From contig NC_068982.1 in NCBI RefSeq assembly GCF_001194135.2, positions 53,380,013 through 53,424,863 of the forward strand: a DNA stretch of 44,851 bases, written 5' to 3'. Position numbers and translations under genes: made by a program. This document shows positions 24,986 to 36,457 of this stretch, piece after piece. The notes beneath the pieces were generated by a model. It had not been told where the DNA came from. It made no database searches and saw only the letters and a program-made list of their open reading frames with translations. This DNA is from Octopus bimaculoides. Its lineage: Eukaryota. Position 1 is the first letter of the stretch; each line of letters begins with the position of its first letter.

Positions 24986-25431
24986 GAGAGAGATTGCTGA
25001 GGAAAGAGAGAGATGCTAAGTGGAATGAGAGGAGCAAGTAGTGATAAAGAAAAATAGAGATATAACAGAAAACGAAAGAGAGCCAATGGCAAGGGAGTGC
25101 CAGCTATTTGTCAGGGCTTTCCCCCTTTGAGTGTGGCTACGTCATATACAAGGCTGTCGATGCCGGCGGTATTCACTTTAAAGTGTGACTGTTCAGATCA
25201 GTTACTATTGTGATTCACATAATGTCATCAACTTCCGCGTCGACTAAGCTGACCTGCTTAGAAAGCATACTGTGGGGAAAAAAATGCCTACTTTTCTTAT
25301 ATTTGAAGTACCTGATGCGTTTAAGGAATACATACATACATACATACATACATACATACATACATACATACATACATACATACGTACATACATACACACA
25401 TACATACGTACATATATATATATATATTTAA

Positions 25432-25565
25432 CGATGCGTCCTGCCCAGCTCTTCGAAACGACGGTGTTAAAACGGGGGTAGCTGATGAAGTAGAATGTTC
25501 TCTATGTGGCTTGTGTGTTTTCTCGTCTACGTTTTGTTTGCAATGTCCTGTACCCAGATATGCAC
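25432..25565 (+). mobile_element. Dispersed CTGATGAAG..GTCCTGTACCCA element, copy 3
   Basis: gcgtcctgcccagctcttcgaaacg..gtagctgatgaagtagaatgttctctatgtggc..gcaatgtcctgtacccagatatgca. Confidence 0.65.
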
Positions 25566-26010
25566 CTATACATACAGGTGGATGTCGGTACGCACATACC
25601 TGTACGTATATATGCATATACTCATTTACTATTTGTTTATATATATATANNNNNNNNNNNNNNNNNNNNNNNNNNNNNNNNNNNNNNNNNNNNNNNNNNN
25701 NNNNNNNNNNNNNNNNNNNNNNNNNNNNNNNNNNNNNNNNNNNNNNNNNNNNNNNNNNNNNNNNNNNNNNNNNNNNNNNNNNNNNNNNNNNNNNNNNNNN
25801 NNNNNNNNNNNNNNNNNNNNNNNNNNNNNNNNNNNNNNNNNNNNNNNNNNNNNNNNNNNNNNNNNNNNNNNNNNNNNNNNNNNNNNNNNNNNNNNNNNNN
25901 NNNNNNNNNNNNNNNNNNNNNNNNNNNNNNNNNNNNNNNNNNNNNNNNNNNNNNNNNNNNNNNNNNNNNNNNNNNNNNNNNNNNNNNNNNNNNNNNNNNN
26001 NNNNNNNNNN

Positions 26011-26047
<37 letters not shown>

Positions 26048-26052
26048 GTTTG

Positions 26053-26086
<34 letters not shown>

Positions 26087-26374
26087 GACATACTCATACA
26101 TGCATATGTGTGTGTGTGTATGACTAAATGATAATGTTTTTTGTGGTTTAATGTAAAGGACTGCTTGTTGACCCGTCCGAGCACTTCATTGCGGCTCTAG
26201 CAATTTATGGTTATTCACTGAATAAAACTACTGCGAATAGCCGGGAACAAGAATATAATTCCATTGAATTCCCGATTCTATTTTTAGAGACAGAGAATGA
26301 AAGAGAGACGGAGAAAGATAGAGGGAGAGAGAGGGAGACAGACAGACAGCCAGACAGACAAACAGACAGAGAAA

Positions 26375-26430
<56 letters not shown>

Positions 26431-26632
26431 TGAAAGTGAGGGAGAGAAGAAAAATTATAGACACACGTACAAACAGTCTTGCATTCATAGCCCTACACAT
26501 AAATATAACAGATTACAATTTATATAGGGTTTAAACGAACTTCGATACCTGCTAAACTTAGTGTCATGAATTTACATACACAGTGCTAAGCGTTACACAA
26601 AGACACACTAACACATTGATGTATAGTAGTAT

Positions 26633-27008
26633 GGCACTCCGTCGATTACGACGTCGAGGGTTCCAGTTGATCCAATCAACGGAACAGCCTGCTCGTGAAA
26701 TTAACGTGCAAGTGGCTGAGCACTCCACATACACGTGTACCCTTAACGTAGTTCTCGGGGAGATTCAGCGTGACACAGTGTGACAAGGCTGACCCTTTGA
26801 ATTACAGGCACAACAGAAACAGGAAGTAAGAGTGAGAGAAAGTTGTGGTGAGAGAGTACAACAAGGTTCGCCACCATCCCCTGCCGGAGCCTCGTGGAGC
26901 TTTAGGTGTTTTCGCTCAATAAACATTCACAACGTCCGGTCTGGGAATCGAAACCGCGATCCTATTACCGCGAGTCCGCTGCTCTAACCACTGGGCCATT
27001 GCGCCTCC
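26633..27008 (-). mobile_element. Full-length tRNA-derived SINE family C with a 15-bp TSD
   Basis: Minus-strand head ggaggcgcaatggcccagtggttagagcagcggactc..ggtttcgattccc (A and B boxes). TSD ACACATTGATGTATA at 26611-26625 and 27009-27023. Confidence 0.93.
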
Positions 27009-27037
27009 ACACATTGATGTATACCTATGCATATATA

Positions 27038-27199
27038 TATACGACGGACTTTCAGTTTCTGAATGTATTCACAAGACTTTGGTTAACCAAGAGTTGCAGT
27101 AGAAGACAATTATTGCCTAACGTGCCACGCAGTGAGACTGAACCCAAGACCACATGGTTGGGAATCATGCTCCTTGACAACACATCTACACCTGCGTCT
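27038..27199 (-). mobile_element. SINE family B, degraded 5' half
   Basis: gtgccacgcagtgagactgaacccaagaccacatggttgggaa. Confidence 0.85.
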
Positions 27200-27856
27200 A
27201 ATTTATTGATGCTGAAGTAATTTTTTTTAAAAACTGAATCTTTCTACATATATCGCTCGTTTCCTCTACAGAGTAATCTCTTAGATTCTTGTTTGGAAAT
27301 GAATTTTCTGATGTATTGTGAAAGATATTTCTGGCAAATTATCTCGATTCAACTATGGTTGTGTTTATTGACCCAGCATCGTTAGAAATGTCACTCACAT
27401 AAATCTCAGAAGATTTGAATATCTATAGTTTCACTGAAATTCGACACACTGTGACCATATGAGTTTGTATGAGTTTGCATGAAATCAAATCGATCCTTAT
27501 GTAAGCTCAGTTGATAATGCTTCACACTTTATCTTATACTTAATCAATTAGTTTCTATGAGGTGTGGCTATAGGTATTTTTCATTTTAGCATATTTATGC
27601 CTTAAATCATGCTTATATTTAGTTATTCAGTATAATACATAACTCTAAAAACTTGGCTTACAAATACTCTTATAGAAACTTGCTTTTGAATATCTTTCCT
27701 AATGTAAACACGCACTCACACACGCATAGATATGCTTATACATGCATACATACATAATACCTACCTGCCTACCTACATACATACATACATACATACATGT
27801 GTGTGTTTACATTAAAAAATGTACTGGAGTATTTGCATGCCAATTTTAAAGTTTAG

Positions 27857-27901
<45 letters not shown>

Positions 27902-27957
27902 GTGTGTTATATACGTATGTATATAGCCCTTCTCTCTATGCATACACACAAACATAT

Positions 27958-28257
27958 TGTTGTAGGGAAAATGGTACACCATTTCCCACGTTACAAAGTG
28001 GTATGATTAGGTCACTATAAAGTCAGACAGTCTGCCGTATTAGGAGGTCAGTAGTAGAAGAGTTGTACGGGTTCTCAGTTGGAGTCAGTGTCAGTTACGT
28101 GATATATACGGGTTCGAGTTACCGTCAAGGTGGACGTTTCAAAGTTATTGTCTCGCAGCGCTATCAGCGATAGCGCGATATACAAGTCAAGATAATAAGA
28201 CGAGGAATACCGCCACAATATATTAGAGGAGACAAGACTATTACAGTGCCGACAACA
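27958..28257. mobile_element. Putative solo LTR
   Basis: Starts TGTTGTAGG. Ends either at CCGCCACA (28217, ATAT on both flanks) or at CCGACAACA (28257, 8/9 inverted match). Internal CTATAAA, and richer in CpG than its flanks. Confidence 0.45.
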
Positions 28258-28684
28258 TACAAGGATCAACATTATAACACACGTATATGTACATATATAC
28301 GTAATATATATACAAATATATATACACATGCATATATATATATATNNNNNNNNNNNNNNNNNNNNNNNNNNNNNNNNNNNNNNNNNNNNNNNNNNNNNNN
28401 NNNNNNNNNNNNNNNNNNNNNNNNNNNNNNNNNNNNNNNNNNNNNNNNNNNNNNNNNNNNNNNNNNNNNNNNNNNNNNNNNNNNNNNNNNNNNNNNNNNN
28501 NNNNNNNNNNNNNNNNNNNNNNNNNNNNNNNNNNNNNNNNNNNNNNNNNNNNNNNNNNNNNNNNNNNNNNNNNNNNNNNNNNNNNNNNNNNNNNNNNNNN
28601 NNNNNNNNNNNNNNNNNNNNNNNNNNNNNNNNNNNNNNNNNNNNNNNNNNNNNNNNNNNNNNNNNNNNNNNNNNNNNNNNNNNN

Positions 28685-28719
<35 letters not shown>

Positions 28720-28726
28720 TATACAT

Positions 28727-28779
<53 letters not shown>

Positions 28780-29564
28780 TATATATATATACATACATAT
28801 ATACATGTTTATACATACATATATACATATATGTGTATATATATATATGTACATATATATATATATTTATGCATACATACATATATATGTATATATGAAT
28901 ATATATATATGTATATATGCATGTATGTGTATATGTATGTATGTATATATGTATATAGGTGTGTATGTTGTATGTATGTATGTATGTATGTATGTATGTA
29001 TATGAGTATCTCTTGAGAAGCAGAAGTGCTACTTGTTAGTAAGTGATTAACAGATTTGAAGTCACTTTAATTTGTTATACGGTCTTCGTTATATTTCGCT
29101 TTCAATACTTCCGTTTTTCTTCGTGTCACTTTTTTTACTTCATCTTTCTTTATGTCTACCTAACCACTTATGCCTATCACTTTCTGACAATAACACAATT
29201 CACACGTATGTATAATACACTTCTTCACACATACATAGACATACATACTTAATATATATATTTCAGAGAAAATATCTGTACGTGCATACATACATAAATA
29301 CATAGAGATAGGTAGACATATACAAAACTGTTAAGAAAATTAAAAATACAGAGGTGATTAAGGTGGAATGAGATCATTCATATGAGTCGGCTAGTAATTA
29401 AATTTTCTCACAGATTATTCCAAATAGCTAATGTAGTATACTTATATATTTTGTTTTGAGTATTGTCATTTTAATTTGATACAGAGCTATTTGAAACTTG
29501 AGATACAGTAAGAGTCACTTTGTACCTTCGTGTAAGTGTAATACATACATACATATATATATAC

Positions 29565-29597
<33 letters not shown>

Positions 29598-29809
29598 TGT
29601 ATGTAGGTAGATAGGTATGTGTGTGTGTGTACATACATGTATATATTTGTGTGCGTATAGACCATAAAAATTCAGGTGTGACTGGTGAATATATTTATTT
29701 AACCACTTGATATCTATACTGGGTTACTATATGGTGCGATAGCCAGGTCCTTTAGAGCAGATTTTTATGATTGCCACAGGATTCTATAAATCTATATACT
29801 GCACTACAA

Positions 29810-29848
<39 letters not shown>

Positions 29849-29892
29849 TATTTGAAACAATGGATCTCGAAGCATATAACACTATATATAAT

Positions 29893-30103
29893 AGTTTCAA
29901 ATTTCCCTACAAAGGCAGAAATTTCGCGGGAGGGGATGAGTCGATTACATCGACCCCAGTGTTCAACTGGTACGTATTTTATCGACGCCGAAAGGATGAA
30001 AGGCAAAGTCAACCTCGGCAGAATTTGAACTCAGAACGTAACGACAGACGAAATGCTGCTCAGCATTTTACTCGGCGTGCTAACGATCTTGCCAGCTTGT
30101 TGC
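29893..30103 (-). mobile_element. SINE family A
   Basis: tcgattacatcgaccccagtg..gaaaggatgaaaggcaaagtcaacctcggcagaatttgaactcagaacg..gccagcttgttgc. Confidence 0.92.
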
Positions 30104-30848
30104 TTTAATAACCTTCTAAATAAAAGCAATCTCATGGTCATTCATGACCGAAGGGGGTCTTTACCCTTTTATAAAGTATTTATCGTTTCTTAATCTAGTA
30201 CTACGTGGTTGGGTAAAGCCATCGATCAAAGCTGGCCGCCTCTTCTATTGAAACATAGTTTGTCTAAAACTCCTTTGTGGTCAACGTGTCAGTTTTTGAG
30301 CCTGAATCGTGTGACTTGAGGATTTTGTCGATGATTCGCTCAGATGCAAGCGACATCTTAGTGTTTCTCTCATTACCAAGCAGTAATAAGAGAGACATTT
30401 TGGAATATTCCTTTGCTAAAAGTAATATTAGTAATGTTGATGCGGGTGGTATCAATGGTGGTATTTATTCTTGACCTTTTACCAGTTGCGTTATTAGAGT
30501 ACAAAATCTAGCGCCCTACAAAAGCCATTAGCTGTAAAGGCTAAAACAAACGACACAATAATAGTTTTTTTTTTTAAATAGCAAGAATTAATTACCATGT
30601 AACTTCCTATCTAAATAATAAAGAAAAACTAGATAATTTTGTACGTTTGCGTCTATAATTTTATTTATTTTATTTATTTATTATATATATATATCAAATA
30701 TATCAAATAAAGACACGCGAAGAAAACTGAAGTTTCACTTCAGTTCGACTTGAAGAAGACAGCTGCGATAAGACAGCGATAGTAAGTTCAAAAGCCTAAT
30801 TGGGGTTAATAGAGGTCGAAGCTATAGTATCAAATTCAAATATTTGTG

Positions 30849-30850
<2 letters not shown>

Positions 30851-30935
<85 letters not shown>
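30851..30935. repeat. (TG)n microsatellite
   Basis: Read directly from the sequence. Confidence 0.98.
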
Positions 30936-30938
<3 letters not shown>

Positions 30939-31172
30939 TTTGTGCGTATGCGTATGTAAAAAAAGGGAATTGCAAACGTACAGTGGTGTAGCTAGGAAAC
31001 AGAGAGATAATGATCACTGACTAATCAGCTAACTGATAAGAAAAGCCAAAACAAAAAGGATCCTATAATTAGTGCCATCCACACCAATATTACCGATGCT
31101 ACTCGCAAAACACTTACCTGCATAAGATTACTCTCAATAAAACCAGCATCATTATTATTATTATCCTAGATA

Positions 31173-31610
31173 AGGCGGCGAGAAGGCAGAATCATTAGCA
31201 CGCCGGGCGTAATGTTTAGTGGTATTTCGTCTGCCGCTACGTCCTGTTCTAATTCCGCTGAGGTCGACTTTGATGATTTCGGGGTCGATAAATTAAGTAC
31301 CAGTGAAACACTGGGGTCGATTAAATTCACTAGTCCACTCCTCCAAAATTTCAGGCCTAGTGCCTTTAGTAGAAAGGATTTTTATTATCATAGACAATAA
31401 TATTTGGTATTTCGTCTGCCGCTACGTCCTGTTCTAATTCCGCTGAGGTCGACNNNNNNNNNNGTGGTATTTCGTCTGCCGCTACGTCCTGTTCTAATTC
31501 CGCTGAGGTCGACTTTGATGATTTCGGGGTCGATAAATTAAGTACCAGTGAAACACTGGGGTCGATTAAATTCACTAGTCCACTCCTCCAAAATTTCAGG
31601 CCTAGTGCCT
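31173..31610 (+). mobile_element. SINE family A copy with local reiterations around a 10-N gap
   Basis: The same private variants (gtcctgttctaattccgctgagg, tttgatgatttcgg) occur at about 31218, 31404 (partial) and 31464. Confidence 0.85.
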
Positions 31611-31723
31611 ATCATAGACAATAATAATAATAATAGACAATAATAATATCATAGACAATAATAATATCATAGACAATAATAATAATAATATTAAATGTGT
31701 CAACGATATTATTTATTTCACGA

Positions 31724-32172
31724 AGGCGGCGAGCCAGCAGATTCGTTTGCGCTCTGGGTGAAATGTTTAGCAGTATTTCGTCTGCTGCTAACTTCCAATT
31801 CCGCCGAGATCGACTTTGCCTTTCATCCTTTCATGTCGATAAAATAAGTACCATTTGAGCACTGAGGTCGATGAAATCGACTTAGCTCCTCCCCACAAAA
31901 AAACTCTTGGCCTTGTGCCAAAATTTGAAACCAATATTTTAATTATTGTTTGGGTGGCAAGCTGGCAGAATAGTTAACGCGTGGTCGAAATGCTTAGAGG
32001 CATTTCTTCTTGCTTTACGTTTTGAGTTGAAACTCTACCGAGGTCGATTTTGCTTTTTACCACTTCGGGGTCGATAAAACAAGTACCATTTGAGCACTGA
32101 ACTGGATATAAACTACTAATTCTCTACTCCCTTCTTATATTTCAGGCCTTGTGCTCAAATTAGAAACCATTA
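31724..32172 (+). mobile_element. Two further head-to-tail family A SINEs (31724-31935, 31953-32172)
   Basis: Each has a head, the core gtcgataaaa(t/c)aagtacca and a ggccttgtgc..aaatt..gaaacca tail. Confidence 0.9.
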
Positions 32173-32924
32173 TTGATATTGTGGTTTTTGTTGGTGGTGG
32201 TGGTATTGGTGTTGGTGTGTTCGCAAGTGAAATATGTTTTGAAGCTTGTAGGTCGTTATTGGATTTTGCTGTTAAGAAGAACGTTACTTTGGTATCTGTT
32301 GTACCATTTTCTTACAAAGCAAACTAGCATCCTCTGTGGCTAGCTTACTTTGTAATAAACGTTTTGTTATTCGACCCCAAGTAGATGTGTACGACTTTCC
32401 AGCAGCTCTTGGCTCGACTACTCGAGACGAATGGCTGGCCGGAACGCATCGTGGATTTCAGTGCCTCCCTCAACGAATGATTCTCGTCCAAACTTTTCTT
32501 TTTTATGTAAGAATTGTCTGATGACCTCGTGACAGATATCTACTGCAACTGGTAGAAGAACGGGAGTATACCAACTACTCTAAGTCGAGGAGCAGAGAAA
32601 GGGTCCAAAAAACGAGACGAAACTGTTCCGCATGCATTCGCGCAATACCCGACCCGTGCTGACTTGTGTATGGTGTAGGACACGTGTAGGACGGGTCTGG
32701 ATATCAGCTGAGTCCCCGAAAAATTTGTAGAAAGATGGATGTGAGTGACAAAATTGATCTGAGTGAACGGGACTGACAGAGCAGGCTCCTGTAGGTTGAG
32801 GTTAATTGGGATAGGGAGGGGACACTTGTCCTACTGAACAGGGTTCGAATATGCAGAATAGGGATATTGCTGATTGAAATAATACTGGCATATATGCCCA
32901 GTAATTTTTGAATCGACCACAGTG

Positions 32925-33110
32925 ACATTTAAAACAGTATGTTCGTCGTGAGGTTTACATTCCGAGTGGATTGCAAATTGTCCTTCCAAATTTGCGTGAA
33001 GTACAATTTCTCATGGGCAAGCTCTTACCAGACGTTTCAGATTCCAAATCAATCGCAGCTGAAGTTATTCTACGACTTTAGTTCGATCTGTAATGTTGGA
33101 ACGACCAAAA
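32925..33110 (+). pseudogene. Degenerate Ty3/Gypsy pol fragment (integrase H2C2 zinc-binding region)
   Basis: Manual translation: LKQYVRRE-VYIPSGLQIVLPNLREVQFLMGKL..SIAAEV, then after a frameshift LVRS-CNV. This follows the Gypsy pattern LKPYFxRRDE..RVVIPxxLRxxVLxxLHxxHxGMxKMK..WPGIxxDI..VKSCxxC, with deletions and both His residues changed. Confidence 0.5.
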
Positions 33111-34471
33111 CAATAACAACAGAAGTTTGGGAGGCGAATTAAGTTGTTGTTGTTGTTGTTAAATATTAGATCATAGAAATAAGAAGACTTATGATCAAAG
33201 GCAGTCCTGTCCTGATCATTATGACATTTTGCGTTAGCACAAGAAAGGAATAAGTTTTATTTGTATATACGGATCTGCGAAAAACAAATTAGCTTTATTT
33301 GATTTTTGCTAAAGCCCTAAATCGAACAACTCCAGCTATTAATAACCCATCTTTATTTCAACACAATGTCTGTGAGACAACATTAAAGTAATGTGACCTT
33401 CTTCTTTTAAGACAATAGGGAGTAATTTCAGGCAGTGTTTGGTTCCTATTTCAAGCGTATCAAGCAACCACGTAATAGTTCGCTTGTTCACTCGGTTCAT
33501 ATGATCTCTCTTGTTTGGCGCAAAGTTAAAAATTTGTGGCTTTCGAGTTCACCAAGGACTGAAACTATATCACATGTTTACAAGACAGCTTCTATGTGAT
33601 AACTCGATCTGGTAGAAATAGCAGCCAAACTGCCTTCAAATTAGTTTGTATATTTAGAACTACACAGGTCAAGGTGGTTAAATGGTATTAGAGAGACAAT
33701 GACACTGCTTCTGCCAAATTGCGAGACCAAGATAGTTGGAAAGACGAAATAAAGTACGATAAGGCAATCTCGGTGTACTCTATATATTTCTACTCCTTCA
33801 CCAATATTTATTACGATACTAGTTAAGAGTTTTATAGCCGCGATCACACCGTTTTTTTTTAGGGTCAGTAATACAATATTGTCACATTACTAACACATAT
33901 TAATATTACATCATAATATTGCATTACAAACACTCGGTTTGAAGATTGCATTAAATTAACAAGAAAAAGAATTCAAATGTCTTTAATTTATTGGGAAGGG
34001 TACATACGCTGAAGGTAGATATCTAACTCCTTAAATGATTTTGTGTCTTCAAGAATACAACGAGCATTCATGTTTAAGCTTCAACTAAGCAGAGCATTCA
34101 TAAACAAATATGTGCCAAGAACAAAGATATAAACGGCGGCGGCGGCGGTGGTGGTGGTAGCTTGGAGGCGGTTAAATGATGAAAAGTGAAATATAATTAA
34201 TACTAAAGAAAAAAAAGAAACAGTCTTAATTACTTCCTCTACCTTACTTGGGGGCACCACAAAAGTCATTATAAGTCATTATTATATACCCATCGTTTGA
34301 AAGATGTGGACTTAACGCCAGGAGGCTATAAACATAACGAGACAAACATACTGTTTTAATTGATGGAAGGATAATTGATCTCATCTATTGCTCCTGTTTA
34401 TGTATGTATGTATGTATGTATGTATGTATGTATGTATGTATGTATGTGTGTATGTATGTATGTATCTACCT

Positions 34472-34512
<41 letters not shown>

Positions 34513-35429
34513 GAGAGAGGGGGAGAGAGAGAAAGAAAGAAGAAAGAAAGAAAAAGAGATAGATAGAGATGGATAGATAGATAGATAGATAGGTGGATAT
34601 AAATAGAGATATAGATTTAGAACACGCTTTGTATACGTGTGTGTGTGCGTGTGTAAGTGTGTGTGTGTGTGTAAGTGTGTGCGTGCATGTGTAAGTGTAA
34701 GTGTATGTATGTGTGTGCATGCGTGTGTATAGCCACATAAACAACATGTGTATGCATGTGTTCGAAAGTATATGTCTTTAAAAGTGATTACTTATATGTG
34801 TGTGTGTGTGTATGTATGTGTGTGTTTATGTGTATATGTGTGCGTATATATATGCGCGTGTGTGTGTGTGTGTATGTGTGTGTGTACGTATGAGTGCGTG
34901 TGCTGTGTATGTATTTGTCCGGAAGAAAAAAATAAGAGAGGAAAAGACAGCGGCTATGTAAATGTGCATATATATATTCGTAGTTGGGCACGTATATGTG
35001 TGTGTGCTGCGACTGTGTGTGCTAAATATTTCATGCGTGTGCATGCAATTATTTGTTTTAATTACGATCATTTCGGCGCTGGTTAAAAAACAGTTCATAT
35101 CTTTAGAGGTAAATATTATTTTGCTATTCCACCATACCTTCTGTATTCAATATTATTTTCGTTAAATATTTAAAATGTATTCTCTTGATCTCTATAACAA
35201 ATACATATTCTTTAGAAAACTGTAAATCACGCTAGCTTTAAACTTTTAGTATGAATGTATTAACGAAGGAACACTTATGGTCATGTTAAATTACTAATAA
35301 TATCAATCAAACTCGCTCAAATCACACCCTACCGTCTTAAATAAAGACAGGTAATGTATTGTGTTACTAATCCTAAAAAAAACCGTGTGATCCCGGCGAT
35401 AAAACTCTTAACTATAAACCAAATAATTC

Positions 35430-35875
35430 AGGATTGGCACGTTGGATGGTATAAAGAGAAATGAAGAGTAAACAACATGAACAGCTCCAGAAGGAATAAA
35501 TGAAGCTGGATAACGAAAGTCCCTAGCTGAAGGACATCCGTCCATCTGCAGTACATGAGCTTCACTTTTGCCTGAGCAAGTCAAAAGGATCTGCTGGATC
35601 ATCAGAACGATTTGAAGGAAGACAAGAGGGTTATTGGGAGACCGATAAGGAAATGAGTTCTGAGTACATCTAAACTCAAAATGGCAGAATGCTGGAGAGA
35701 AACATTCCAATTGTCTATCAGCAATTGAGACTGAACCACCCAAAGGTTTTGAGAGTTTTTGCGACTCGGCCAAAGCGTAGGTAATCGTAAACAAACTTTG
35801 GCGCTGAAGGTGATCGGAGTCATTGGATAACCTGATCCAACCTAAGTAGCGACTTTTAACCACCTTGTGAAACAA
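35430..35875 (+). pseudogene. Possible degenerate RTE-type LINE 3' end
   Basis: Frameshifted pieces VKRICW, EG/KRVIGRPIRK* and AECWRE loosely follow the RTE C-terminal xKRxxxW.PxGKRxxGRPRxRW..DRxxWR pattern. Confidence 0.35.
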
Positions 35876-35939
35876 TACCGTATGATTTGTGTACTAAGAT
35901 TTTTTTTTAGCTTACATCAATACATTTAAAATAAATATT

Positions 35940-36342
35940 TGCGTTCTGAGGGTACTGCAGTAGTCTGACTCCTAATGCAGGAATTGGTATCTCATCAGGT
36001 GGTGAAACAACACTGTTTCACCTTTTCACCATCACACCAGAGCTGCCCAGGGAAACCCACCAATGTAGGCAAAAAAAGTCCCCAACTCCGGACCAGATGT
36101 TTCTGTCATCCTCAATGCTCCTTTTTGCTGCACCACTCGTTTTCTCTCCAGAGCCAGATGTAACGACTTGCTTCCTTAGCTGTCTCCGACAATATTCTGG
36201 TAACATCGTTTGTCTCCTTCGTAGCTACTCCAAAATTCCTGAGTATCGAGCGAACCCTGGTTCTGAAATGTTCTCTATCAGAAGGCATATTATCTCCCAG
36301 CCATTGTTTTCACAGAGTTGAACCAACTCTCTGTATTTTCCG
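35940..36342 (-). mobile_element. 5'-truncated Hero-like (R2/NeSL group, RLE-type) non-LTR retrotransposon: endonuclease C-terminus plus 3' UTR
   Basis: Minus strand: KYRELVQLCENNGWEIICLLIE, frameshift, TRVRSILRNFGVATKETNDVTRILSETAKEASRYIWLWRENEWCSKKEH* (stop 36112-36114). This matches the KYxxLxxxCxxxGW..PxE..AxxASRWxWxxR C-terminus I recall for Hero-clade elements. Confidence 0.8.
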
Positions 36343-36386
36343 TTATACATACATACATACATACATACATACATACATACATACAT

Positions 36387-36457
<71 letters not shown>

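Noticed and set aside
26930-27008. tRNA-like sequence with A and B boxes
   Set aside because: It is the head of a SINE with a body, tail and TSD, and does not form a complete cloverleaf.
30264-30474. Minus-strand NITFSKGIFQN..KILKSHDSG, reminiscent of an RT GIFQGD motif
   Set aside because: The key GDxLSP residues are missing and spacing is off; not supportable without a search.
33665-33760. RSRWLNGIRE..KLRDQDSWK, resembling an RTE C-terminus
   Set aside because: Short, needs a frameshift and has no supporting upstream motifs.
35985-36030. GAAAC..CTGATGA in the Hero-like 3' UTR as a type-II hammerhead
   Set aside because: Only 7 nt separate the putative cleavage triplet from CTGATGA, too few for stem I, and GAAAC is sequestered in a competing hairpin.
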